Shown: piece by piece, positions 46,131-56,500 of the stretch
Position numbering within the stretch: the first letter of the stretch is position 1
Layout: each line of letters opens with the position of its first letter
NCBI GenBank assembly: GCA_964019335.1
Contig: OZ025671.1
Span: forward strand, 62,001-126,000
Length of the DNA stretch: 64,000 nt
Origin: Diplonema japonicum
Lineage: Eukaryota; Protista; Euglenozoa: Diplonemea
Direction: 5' to 3'
Notes under the pieces: model-generated
What the model saw: the letters and a program-made list of their open reading frames with translations, nothing else
The model's database searches: none
Told to the model about the DNA's origin: nothing
Made by a program: the position numbers and the translations under genes

Positions 46131-47843
46131 TTAAGTAACGATCGACTCGGAGTAGGCAGGTTTCCCACCAACTTGCGTGAAGACGGATTGAGGCGGGTGG
46201 ATGGTCCAGTGAGGGTTGCTTGGCGACTTCAGCTGCGATGGTGTGTCTGAGATGGTCGAAGAGGAGTCCATGTAATTGTCTTGGATGGAAGGCTGGAGAG
46301 AGTTGCTGTGGGGGTTGTGCCGAGATGCAGGAGGCCCTGGGGTAGACCCCCCCCGCCCCCGCACCAAAGAGGAAGAATGAGGTGTGGTTGCCCTTACCCT
46401 CCTTGGAGCGTTGATGCTAGGGCTCGTCGCACCCGACGTGTGCTGCCCTCGTCTCGGCACCGTGTTCGGCGTCAAGGGCGGCGAAAGTATTGCCTCATGC
46501 AGGTCCATCATGGGGAAGTCAGACCCTGTCAAGGAAGGGCTCTTCAAGGGTGTCGCTTTCATTGGTTCGGACAGCATCTTGTCGCTTGTCACCTTGACAT
46601 CTGTCGGTTTGGGTTTTGGTGTTGTCGACTGCCGCCTTGCGTGGCTGGGCCGTCTTATGTTGACATTCTTCGGTGGGGGTTTGGGCGGCTTGAATAACGG
46701 GCGCACCCCCTGCGCTTGAAGCACCTTCTCGCTCAGCTTCCCCTTCGCGTAAGCACGCTGCAGGAACCAGTACCGCTTTGCCTGCGACGCGGCGAAGACA
46801 GCATTGATGAACCACCCCACCACGCTCAGCCCAGGGATGATGAACAGGAAGGCCATCACACGTCCCGTGTTGGACCTCGGGTGGTAGTCCCCGAACCCTA
46901 TCGTGGTGAGCGTTACGTAGCAGTACCAGAAGCCTTCGCGGTAGTCCCAGCTTTCTTGGTAGCTGAAAAGACCGGCCCATGTGAAGAGCCAACAAAACAT
47001 CACAACGCACCCTGATCCAATGTTGCGCCACAGCACCTCGCGTGGCAGCTCGTTCTGAAGGCTGTAGTACACAGTGACTGCCTGCACCATTTCCTCTTTG
47101 GTGAGGACGCCGTCAGGATCTGTGTCCGCTTCTGACATGACGTGCGTAACGACAAGCGGGTCCACGCGTGACCCCGACAGCGCCTCGAGGAACTGCCCCA
47201 GCTCGTCCATGTCGATGGTGCCACTCCCGTCTACATCAAACCTGTTGAACGTAACGTACGCACGCTCCCTGAGACCTTCGGAAAGCATCCCAGTGGTGCT
47301 CGTTGTTTCTTTCTTCCTGTTGGTGATCTTCCTCCATAAAGACGTGAATATCTTCAGCACCACACGTGACATCTTCTTCAATATGTGCGCCACCAGCCCG
47401 ATTCCAAGAATGGAATATATCAACGTGAAGGCCCTGCCGGAGTCAGTGACAGGTGCCACGTGCCCGTACCCTATCGTCGTCACCACCGTCAAGCTGAAAA
47501 ATGTTGCCCCCGAAAACGTCCACTCTCGGTCCTGCGCGGTTCTGAAGGTGCAGATTGAGTTCCCTCCTAAGATCTCCATCTGCTGCGGTGTTAAATGCGC
47601 TTCCTTCAGTGCCTCTGCTTGGGCGTTGATCTGACTTAGTTCACGATCCTTCTCCAACCAGTGGAGCACGCCACCACCCATGATGAGGTACCCGCCCAGC
47701 ACAATGAAGTACTCTGTCAGCAGCACCAAGTGGCTCAATTGCAAGCCACATGGAAGAAACCCCATTACGGCGCCCTTCCTGTGATGCTGTCTAGAAGGGA
47801 AGGGTGAGAAACGCTTAATAAACTTTACAACATAAGGGGACAA
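46131..47843 (-). CDS. Two-pore-domain K+ channel with an EF-hand pair
   Basis: Pore loops TTIGYG and TTIGFG, four TM segments, EF hands FDVDGSGTIDMDEL and ADTDPDGVLTKEEM. Probable start MGFLPCG (~47765). Confidence 0.92.
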   Translation of the reverse strand: MSPYVVKFIKRFSPFPSRQHHRKGAVMGFLPCGLQLSHLVLLTEYFIVLGGYLIMGGGVLHWLEKDRELSQINAQAEALKEAHLTPQQMEILGGNSICTFRTAQDREWTFSGATFFSLTVVTTIGYGHVAPVTDSGRAFTLIYSILGIGLVAHILKKMSRVVLKIFTSLWRKITNRKKETTSTTGMLSEGLRERAYVTFNRFDVDGSGTIDMDELGQFLEALSGSRVDPLVVTHVMSEADTDPDGVLTKEEMVQAVTVYYSLQNELPREVLWRNIGSGCVVMFCWLFTWAGLFSYQESWDYREGFWYCYVTLTTIGFGDYHPRSNTGRVMAFLFIIPGLSVVGWFINAVFAASQAKRYWFLQRAYAKGKLSEKVLQAQGVRPLFKPPKPPPKNVNIRRPSHARRQSTTPKPKPTDVKVTSDKMLSEPMKATPLKSPSLTGSDFPMMDLHEAILSPPLTPNTVPRRGQHTSGATSPSINAPRRVRATTPHSSSLVRGRGGSTPGPPASRHNPHSNSLQPSIQDNYMDSSSTISDTPSQLKSPSNPHWTIHPPQSVFTQVGGKPAYSESIVT

Positions 47844-47898
47844 AAGAGAGAGAGGGTATCGATGTTATCGCAAAGAATAAACAAACACACTGATAGAT

Positions 47899-49992
47899 CT
47901 AGTTTTTTCTTCTCGTCGGCGAGATGCCTCTCGCCACAACAGCCGGACTGTATCCGGGGGTAGTAGGGAGGTGAGAGGGTGTGTGGGTGGGAACAGGCAC
48001 ATGTTGTACGTGCTGCACTGGAACGACACGAGCGTTCCGGGGATCGGAGATCATCGACTGAGGTGCAGACAAGGACTGTGGTGTGACTGATTTCACAGAA
48101 GGCGGTGGCACTGCTGCAGGTGTCGCGGCTGTGGTGGCGTACGACGTTCGCATGACTGCCAGGTTGGCAGCAAGGGGTGTCTTCCGTTGCGGTCTTACCT
48201 CTGTCTGCGCCAACAGCTTCTCGAGGTGCTCAGCATTCTTGTAATGCTTCGCTGCTTGCTGGAGGAGGTACTGCTCCAACGCAGTCGGAGCTTGTGCAGG
48301 GGGAACAGGAGGCGGCGAGCCGCTCATCGGCTGTGCATAATAGGAAGTCTGCTGCATCACGTCCTGCATTTGGACAGCATCACCAACCGAAGCCTTCCGT
48401 TCCTTGTTCGTGGAGTTAGACTGCACACTCCTTTCAGGAGGCACGTACGAGGTAGCCACGGAGTGCATCTGCCTGACATTCTGCATGTTTCCTTCAGGTG
48501 GCACGGAAAGGGGAACTGACGGGTGCACCAAGGGTGTCAACTGGTCTGCCTGCACTGGGGAAGGCTCCACCTGCATTACGGGTGTTGGCTCTGTTTTGGC
48601 AGCTGATGACGGTGCCAACACCTCTTGCTGGGCTAAACGCATCTCATCCAACTCTCGCGCTGCCAATAACGCCTCGTCGCGTGCCCTCTCCAGCTTGTTG
48701 ATTAAAGCTTCTTCTTGCGAGTATGACCTCCGCTCCGGTTCTTCGTTGCTGTAAACCGGCAGATCATCTGGATCAAGGGCCTCGTCCATAGGGGGCAGAG
48801 ACGTGGTGGCGTGAGAAGGAAGCTGCTCCGAGAGGGCCTGCACAGGGGCTTGTTCGGAAACCTGCTGTACGACATGCACGCGAACAGGTTCTGGCTGGAC
48901 CTGGAACACCTGGTGCGCGGTCTCTTGCGAGAAAAGCACCGGTTCATAAGGCTTCGGTGTGCTAATGGGCGCGTGTATGCTCACAGGGTCAGCAGCAGGA
49001 ATGGATACAGGTGTGGCAACATGAGTCCTTGCAGGGGGCGCAGGCTTGTTGTTCAGGGGGAGGAGCTGCGGTTGCAAACCATGACTTTTGACACGTGTGG
49101 AGATGGGTGCGTGCTGTTGCGGATGGTTGGAGAACAGCTGTACTTCGTGGACCGGTGGAGCCAGCGGTGGTGGCTGTTGAACTGGTTCAAGTACCAGAGG
49201 CGCCGGTGCAGGGGCTGGCACTGGTGTAGGTCCTCGTTGTGGGGTAACCGGGAGGGGCAGTTTGGGTTGCGGAGTAAAGTAAGAGGGATGCATAACCCTG
49301 CGCGGGGATAAGCTGGGGGGCTTCTTCGTCCCGTCTCGCATCCTAAAGAACAGGACGTCGACCATCTGTGTGTGTACCTCGCCCAGGATGGACCACTGCA
49401 CAAAGGACATGTCGTGCCTGATTGTTGGGTCGCCGCTATTGACGAAGTACTCGAAGGGGTCTACGGGGGTAACGCCGTAGGAGTGGAGCGCGTCACGGAG
49501 CTTGGCAACAGGAACGGTGCCTGCCTTAGGGGCGTCGAGCTGGTAGAAAACCGACATCAGCTTCTCGGAAAAGGTCGGCGTTGGTCCAATGTCAGTCGTC
49601 CGGGGCCCACGCGGGCTTGACCAGCTGAAGGGGGAAGGCAGCGGGTCAGGGATGATTCCTGAGGCGTCGGAGTGCCAAATGGATTCAGGTTGGAAACACC
49701 ATAACTGCTGAAAAGGTTCAACACGATCTGAAGGTGTCAGGATATGCCACTGACTGTTCTTTAACAGCTGGATGCTCTCAATCTGGAACACAGTGTCGGG
49801 GTACCCTGCAGGCCTGCACGCACGCGACTTCACGTCAAACAAGTACTGCGCACTCTCGACAACCTCAGATACGCTGGGCTGTCCCGGAAACGGGAGGATG
49901 ACATTGTGCTTCGCTCCCCACAGGTCGCTCCCTACATGGATGGTAAACGGCATCACTGGCCGAACATCCCCGTCCCTCCTCCTGTACGGCAT
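47899..49992 (-). CDS. BILBO1-family protein (BILBO1-type N-terminal domain, EF-hand-like region, Pro/Gln-rich tail)
   Basis: FTIHVGSDLWGAKHNVILPFPGQPSVSEV...QLWCFQPESIWHSDASGIIP aligns by eye with the trypanosome BILBO1 N-terminal domain; VFYQLDAPKAGTV is EF-like. Confidence 0.8.
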   Translation of the reverse strand: MPYRRRDGDVRPVMPFTIHVGSDLWGAKHNVILPFPGQPSVSEVVESAQYLFDVKSRACRPAGYPDTVFQIESIQLLKNSQWHILTPSDRVEPFQQLWCFQPESIWHSDASGIIPDPLPSPFSWSSPRGPRTTDIGPTPTFSEKLMSVFYQLDAPKAGTVPVAKLRDALHSYGVTPVDPFEYFVNSGDPTIRHDMSFVQWSILGEVHTQMVDVLFFRMRDGTKKPPSLSPRRVMHPSYFTPQPKLPLPVTPQRGPTPVPAPAPAPLVLEPVQQPPPLAPPVHEVQLFSNHPQQHAPISTRVKSHGLQPQLLPLNNKPAPPARTHVATPVSIPAADPVSIHAPISTPKPYEPVLFSQETAHQVFQVQPEPVRVHVVQQVSEQAPVQALSEQLPSHATTSLPPMDEALDPDDLPVYSNEEPERRSYSQEEALINKLERARDEALLAARELDEMRLAQQEVLAPSSAAKTEPTPVMQVEPSPVQADQLTPLVHPSVPLSVPPEGNMQNVRQMHSVATSYVPPERSVQSNSTNKERKASVGDAVQMQDVMQQTSYYAQPMSGSPPPVPPAQAPTALEQYLLQQAAKHYKNAEHLEKLLAQTEVRPQRKTPLAANLAVMRTSYATTAATPAAVPPPSVKSVTPQSLSAPQSMISDPRNARVVPVQHVQHVPVPTHTPSHLPTTPGYSPAVVARGISPTRRKN

Positions 49993-50130
49993 AAGTAGAA
50001 AGGATCAAAAAAGAAAGGTGAATATAGCATTCAACAGAGACAAAGAATTTAAAAGAAAGAAATAAGGGGAGAGTGCCCTCACCCACATGTATCGATGATA
50101 AAATTTGAATATCAATCTAAATTGGCCAGT

Positions 50131-50460
50131 CTAAGCTTGCGCTCGCTTCTGGTTGCCATCGGGCAGGACAAGCCCGTACTTCGTGCCGCCCCCTGTCTCT
50201 GCAAGAATGTCTGCAGGTCTGTTGGGTCTATTTTCATTGTATTTAGTTCGCAGCTCATCGAGTGCTTTAAGTAGGGCCTTTCTGTCACCCAGTGACTCGA
50301 TCTCTAGCTCCTCTCTTATGTCATCTCTCGTAAGCTCGACCAGCATCCCTCCATCAATCTCATTCCTCTCGATCACATCAGACAGGCGGTCCAACCCAAC
50401 CTCCTGCAGCCACTGGCAGGCCTCCTGCACTCCCCATTCGTTGACATTGTAGTTCTTCAT
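50131..50460 (-). CDS. Small SAM-domain protein (probably its own gene)
   Basis: WGVQEACQWLQEVGL...NEIDGGMLVELTRDDIREELEIESLGDRKALLKAL, preceded by a pyrimidine/AT-rich tract ending CAG just upstream of the ATG. Confidence 0.7.
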   Translation of the reverse strand: MKNYNVNEWGVQEACQWLQEVGLDRLSDVIERNEIDGGMLVELTRDDIREELEIESLGDRKALLKALDELRTKYNENRPNRPADILAETGGGTKYGLVLPDGNQKRAQA

Positions 50461-50555
50461 CCCTCCCTGTAGTGCATGGAAAGTGTATAAAACCAAATCA
50501 CTTGTTAATTCAACAATTAAGAGAAAGCTAGAATAGAGCAAAGCGTGAGCTTGCT

Positions 50556-52575
50556 TTAGAGTCTCTGCCCCTTCCGCCTCCGATTGGTCTGTGGGTGTCT
50601 GTTTGCCGCGTGTGCATACCATCTCCCGAGTCGTGTGCCCGTCGATGTCGTACATCTGCATCAACATCTTCTCATAAATAGGAAGCTTGTCGGTGACAGG
50701 CTCATCGCTTCGCACTGTTGTCATCCACCTGTCAGGGGGAGTGTTGCAGAAAGGCAGCCACCAGTAAGGGTTGTAAGCAAGTCGCTGCTGCTGGTACAGG
50801 TCGTTCATCTCAGGGAGCAAACCCACACGGTGCACCAACTCAAAAGGCTGCAGCGCGTAGACAGGATCGTTGTCGCCGAAGTTCGGCAGTGGCTGGTACT
50901 TGTGCACTTCCCGCCAGTTCATCGTAGATGCAGGCGGAACTTTAACAAAATGTTTGCTCACATAAACCGACTCGTGCTTGAGCCACCCTTTGCATTTGTT
51001 GTACACATCTGAGGAGAGCATCACCTCTCCGGCCCTGCACCGCCCGCAGACCAAGCTGCACTTCATCAGGTCTTTGCCGTACACACCGCTAGAGTCATGC
51101 AGCATGGACACGGTGTGCACGGCAGCGCGGAGGCGTGGCCCGCAGAGCTGCAGCTTTCTCATGCTACTTTTGATGGGTTCAAAGAAATAGTTCCGCAGGT
51201 CCATGATATCGAAGCTATTGGGTTCCCCCTCAGACAAGTGGTACATGATATTCTGGTGTGCTGTGGTGTCCTCTTCTACATCGCTCGTGTACCTAATGTT
51301 GCAGATGTCTGACAGTTTGACCTTTTCTGACCACGGTGTCCACAGCAGTACCGCCTGCATCTGCAGGGCAAACTGCACCGCCAGCTGCGTTGTTTTGAAT
51401 TGCACCAACGCATAACCCCGTCCCTTTGCGGAACCGGTACCCTGCGTGAGGAGCTTGCCCTCAGCGTGGTAGCAGCACTTTTGCAGCAAATCTGCCCATA
51501 TGCCATGCACATTGCAGTCCACTTTCTTTATCTCCTCCATGTCTTCCACGGACAGCATCACTGCAGTGATCATTTCTCGCCCTTGCTCTTGTACTTCCGA
51601 AACTTCTTCCTCGTTCACCTTTTCGATCTTGCATATCTTCGTCCTCCAGATCACATGCTTACGCCACTTGGCGATGACCTTCCAGCACAATGCTTTTATC
51701 TTAGCATCTTGCAGCTTCATCCCGCTGTGCCCCGTCTTTTCCTGCAGGATTTGCATCATATGCTTAAGGGATGCGATCTGTTCAACTTGCTCATCCACTC
51801 TCTCGAGGACAGTAGCCAGCTTCTTCCACAGCCGCCTCACGCTGGTGAGGGCGGTTGACGCGCTGTAGTTGTAATCGTGCTCCAGGGAGACAAGGTTCTG
51901 TTTTGCAAAGTCAATGCTGCTCTTATAGATACTCTCGATATGGCTGTGCAGTGTGTGGACGATTGCAATGAGTTCTGCGGTCCCCTTCTCGGAAGTCAGC
52001 ACCTCATCCGCATTGAAGAAGTCTTCCATGGGGTCCGACCCAAGAACGGCCTCTTCATTCTCAAGGGGAGGCTTCTCCTTAATGAAGTCAAACATATTTC
52101 TGTCACCTTTATGTGAACTGGTCAGATCCATGTCCTGCTTCGAGTCTTGCATGTCTTCGTCCAGTTCCAGCTTTTTGTACATGGCTTGCTTTGCGTCGCG
52201 TTGCGTAATGCCGTCCAGCAGCAACTGCATCGTAGCCACCTTGACATTGATGGCCTCACGCGACTTCTGAGACTTGCTCACTTCCGTCAAATTATACTCA
52301 TCGAGCACCAGGTTATTGTTCCCATTTTGTATATCATACTGGCGCAAGGAGGACGTCTCGTATTCATTGCTCTCCTGCAACACCACTTCCTTCTCTCTGT
52401 GGAACATCGCCGACACCGGCCTCGTCTCAGGCGGCACAGGGGTCATCCCGCAGCGCTGCGCCATGGCCGTGCATGGTCTGGGCGGCACAACTACCTCATC
52501 CTTGTCCAAGCTGCGTTTGGACCGCGACCTCTTCGCCGGCAGGGGGCTTCTTGTCGCATTGCGAACGGAGTACAT
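50556..52575 (-). CDS. Coiled-coil protein with a degenerate class III nucleotidyl-cyclase fold
   Basis: ITAVMLSVE...AVQFALQMQAVLLWTPW...GPRLRAAVHT...VYGKDL...AGEVMLSSDVY. A likely 31-nt intron (50589-50619, GTATGC...CACAG) ends the protein at TNRRRKGQRL*. Confidence 0.7.
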
Positions 52576-52658
52576 CCTAAAAGAACTAAACTATGCTGTT
52601 GAATGCCGGGGTATGCTGAACGAAACATATACTAAAGACCTAACCTAAGGAAACGACA

Positions 52659-53427
52659 CTATGTGGGGCACGGACAGGCCCCGTCGGCAAAGAGCTGGAA
52701 GCTGCGGGTGTGCATTGATTTAAAAAGGAAAAAAAAAAAGAATACCTTCGTGTGAGAACGGTTGTGTGGGAGAGGATGCCTACGTCGTACGAGACCTGCC
52801 CAGTGGCGTGGATGCCGAAGCAACCATGGGACAGGAGGTGGGCGACCTTTCCTGCAGCGTTGGCGATAGTAAGGTTGCTGTGGAGAGATGCGTCCTGTGT
52901 AGCGGTGGAGGGGAGCTGTACGGAGCTGTTGCCCTGCGGGCAGTATGTGTTGGAAGCTGGGAAGCGGACCTGCTCGTTAGCCTCATACGTCACGTTGTTC
53001 AGATAGTCGACGAAAGAGAGACGGAACGATCTGTGTGAATGGTGATAAACTTGATTGATTCATACGTGTGCATAAGGCTCCCAACGGAAAGGGTGGGGTT
53101 GTAGATTTCCAGAAGCAGTGCCACCTTGATTTGCAGGTCGGCATCGTCTAAGGCGGGCTGCGAGGGGAGCTGGAGAATCGAAATATCGCTTAACCACAAC
53201 ATGCACGAACTGAAACGGTAATGGATTACCATCAGCACAACTAACGTGGTGATCACCCCTATACACAGCACCAACAACAGCAACGCAAGCTTCTTCCACG
53301 AGAAGAATCTCTCAAAACATGAAGGCTGCTCCTTCTGATCTTCCTTATCGCCCCCACGGCTGAACTTCTCGCTGATTGCCGCTTGCAGCCGGCTGCCTGC
53401 GGACTTGCAACGGTTCACGCACTCCAT
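52659..53427 (-). CDS. Single-pass membrane protein, LEA_2/NHL-like; 3 exons
   Basis: TM segment LALLLLVLCIGVITTLVVLMVI and LLLEIYNPT motif. Introns 53031-53065 (35 nt) and 52702-52745 (44 nt) join two track ORFs and give the end SFQLFADGACPCPT*. Confidence 0.7.
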
Positions 53428-53505
53428 GGTTCCTATTGATACTTAAGAGAACACACAACAAGGGCCGAAAGAAGATTACTAAGTCGCAAACAAAACATAA
53501 CATAT

Positions 53506-56500
53506 CTAATAAAGCCCTATGGCATGCTCTTCACCTTGCAAGTTGTCGTCACTGACTCCCTGCTCGCTGCTGCTGTTGTCTTCCTTGAGATCTCTTTCCG
53601 ACTTATCTGCGGTAGCATCTCCCGCAATGTGGCTGACGTCAGTATTCTCGCTGACTTGCGTCGTGCCCTCTCGGTCTGCATCTCCCGCTTCTTCTTCATC
53701 CTCAGCTTCAGTCTCTGCCTCCTCTGGTTCCGTTTCTGTCTTTCCAGGAGCATTTGCTGTCTCGTGCACTTCCTCAACGTACTCAGCTTCATCTACTTCT
53801 TCGCTCGAAGCCCCCGACGCAACCATCTGTGCATCACTTTCAGCCTGACCCCTTTCCTGTACTTCTTCGTCTGCAGTCCCTTCAGAGTCTCCGGCCGCAG
53901 CCTTCTCAGGGTGGCCGTCACCATCTGCTTGGGTGTCGCCTTCTTGTCTTTCATGTACACATTCTGCCAACTTTTTCTCACTTGCATGCGCCTCAGGTAC
54001 TTGCTCCTTATTGCCATCGATGCTATCCTCTGCAGAGGATACTGAACTTTCGGCTTCTACGTCTTCTTGCCCCTTTCCCTGTTCGATTGGTGTTTGTTTT
54101 CCCGTCTCATGATCTTCGAGTACCTCTGAAGCTATTTCGGACACTACCTTTGGGTCGACTGAAGGTCTGTCTTCAGTAGCGACCCCTAGGTCAGTGCTGG
54201 CACTTGTGTCACTTGATTCCCTTCGCTCCCATTCCCCGTGGCTGGTTGCGTCTTTCTCTTTGTCCATTTCGCTATCAGCCGCATGCTCTGCTGTTTGCTG
54301 TTCTGCTGCGATGCCATGACCATCTGTCACTACATCTGCTACTCCGTTGCTCTCCACTGCAACAAGATCTCCTTCTTCAAGAGCTGCTTCCTCTGAACCG
54401 ATCTGCCTCCCTGCTACATCATCTACTGATTCTGCTGGCTCGAGCACCGCGTCACTAGCTGCTTCTGCATCGATATTTCCCACAGGCACAACGCCTTCGT
54501 CAGGCGCTGTCTCGATCCGTTCCGTTGCATCCATTGGCTCTTCAGAGCGCGTCAGAACAGCAGCATTCAGCACCTCCGATTCTTCATCTCCGTTGTCAGT
54601 TTTTGCCTCATCCGCTACCCCTGCGCCTGGTGCAATGTCATCGGTCGGTTCATCATCTACTGCCGAACCTTCTGGTTGCTCCTCCAAATCCACTGCATCC
54701 AGCTGGCCACGTTGGTCGTTGTTTTCGACGTCTTCTGCACGCTCTTCTACATGTCCAGCGTGATCATGACCCCCAAGCATGTCTCCTCCCCCTGCGTCGA
54801 GTCTCTCGTCCTCGGCAACCGCTTCGGAAGTAACCTCTTGCTCGCTTATCGATTGCTGCGCCTCGTGCTCGTCACTTTCCTCAGTCTGGACCTCAGCTTG
54901 GTTAACTGCTAACAACGTGTTTGCGATGCCAGCAATGGCTTCTGGCACCTCATTGTCATCCTTGTTGTCTTCGCTGGCAACATGACCATTGTGCTTACTG
55001 ACAGGGGAAGGCTCTCCCATGATGATGCGTGTTGCTTCTTCTAAAGATGTCCTGCGCTCGTCAGTGCCATAGGTGAGCACCCGCTGCACGGCCTCATCGG
55101 CAGCAGCGTCGTCGCCGACGGATGTGACCAGCGGCGAGTCTATGGACACACTCTTTGGCTTCGGTGCTGCACCCACGCCCACGGGCATTGGGGAGGCATC
55201 AACGTCGACAAAAGAGGGCGCGACGGAGTGCAGTGTGCTCATAAAGTTGTTAATCATGGTCCCTACGGGCTTGTCAATGAAGCCCTGCGAATAGACCACA
55301 ACCACCGCATCTGTGCGGAACCACCTGCCCTTCTCCTTCGAGAGGTAGACCGACGTGGAGTGCCCGATGCCCACAGAAGTGAACAGCGTATTGAAAATGT
55401 CGTGGCGGGACTTGCGAGTGACATCACCATCGGCACAAAGGAGGTCGGCGACGATCAGCTCGGAGAGGTTGGTGTCCTGAAGGGAGGGCTCTGCAAGCGG
55501 CTTATGCGGTAAGGTAAGCATGAACACCGACTCACTGCACCTCTTCTCAGACCTTCCGTACCTCTTGAGCCGGTCGGGCAGTGCTGTCATATCGCTGCCC
55601 ACGTGGTCTGACGTCACCTTGTACGGGTAGTGCTGCGTGAGGTCTGCGGCATGCTGCCTGGCAGCAAGGGTTAGGCCCGCAGGGTAGTCACGGAAAGGGC
55701 AAACCTTTCGCTGAGTAGAAACAAACTGTAGAGCCTCCTCGCAGCATGTAATGCCCTCAGACGTCCGTATGCTAGTCTTGACCCCGTTCACCTTTAGCCG
55801 CATGGCATGCGCCGTCTTGAAAGTCCCAACCCTGCTTTTAATCAGATCAGCGAGCGAGTCAGGACCTTCCCTTCCTTGGGCGAGCAAGTCAAGTACATTA
55901 AGCTCCAGCTGCGTCATGAACCTCTCACCCTTCGTGTCGCCCCGCCCTGCAGACGGAAGGTTTGCCACGCAACTCATGACAGGAAGCTCTGTCTCATCCT
56001 GCACCACAGGTATCGGTGGGCGCTTGATCTTGACAGGAGCTGGCTTCACCTCTGCATTCTTCACTCGTGGGGCTTGGTGGGGTGGCTTGCGCTTGCCTGC
56101 CTCTTGTTGTTCCTTGATCCAGTGAGAAAGCCGTTCCTTGTCCTTTTCATTTCTCTTTTCACGTCTCTTCCTTTCATCTACCTCCAGCTTCTTGATAGCC
56201 TCCTCTCGCTCTTCTTTCGCAAGCTTTGCGCTCTCTTGCCGCTCTTTGAACATCTGAATTTCCATTTTCTTTCTTTCTTTTTCCCGCTCCCGTTTCATCT
56301 CTTTTTCTTGCTTCTTCATTTCTTCTTCATTCTGCCGTTTTTCGGCTTCTTCCTGCTGGTTTCGTTCTCTGCTGATCCTTTCCAGTCTCTCGTTCTCCAG
56401 CAACTTCCGTGCTGCCTGTTGTCTTGCTTCCCGCTTCTTGTTCTGTGCAGCGTTAGCTTCAAGCTCTTTTTTCAAGGCTTCTCTTCGCTGTTCCTCAATC

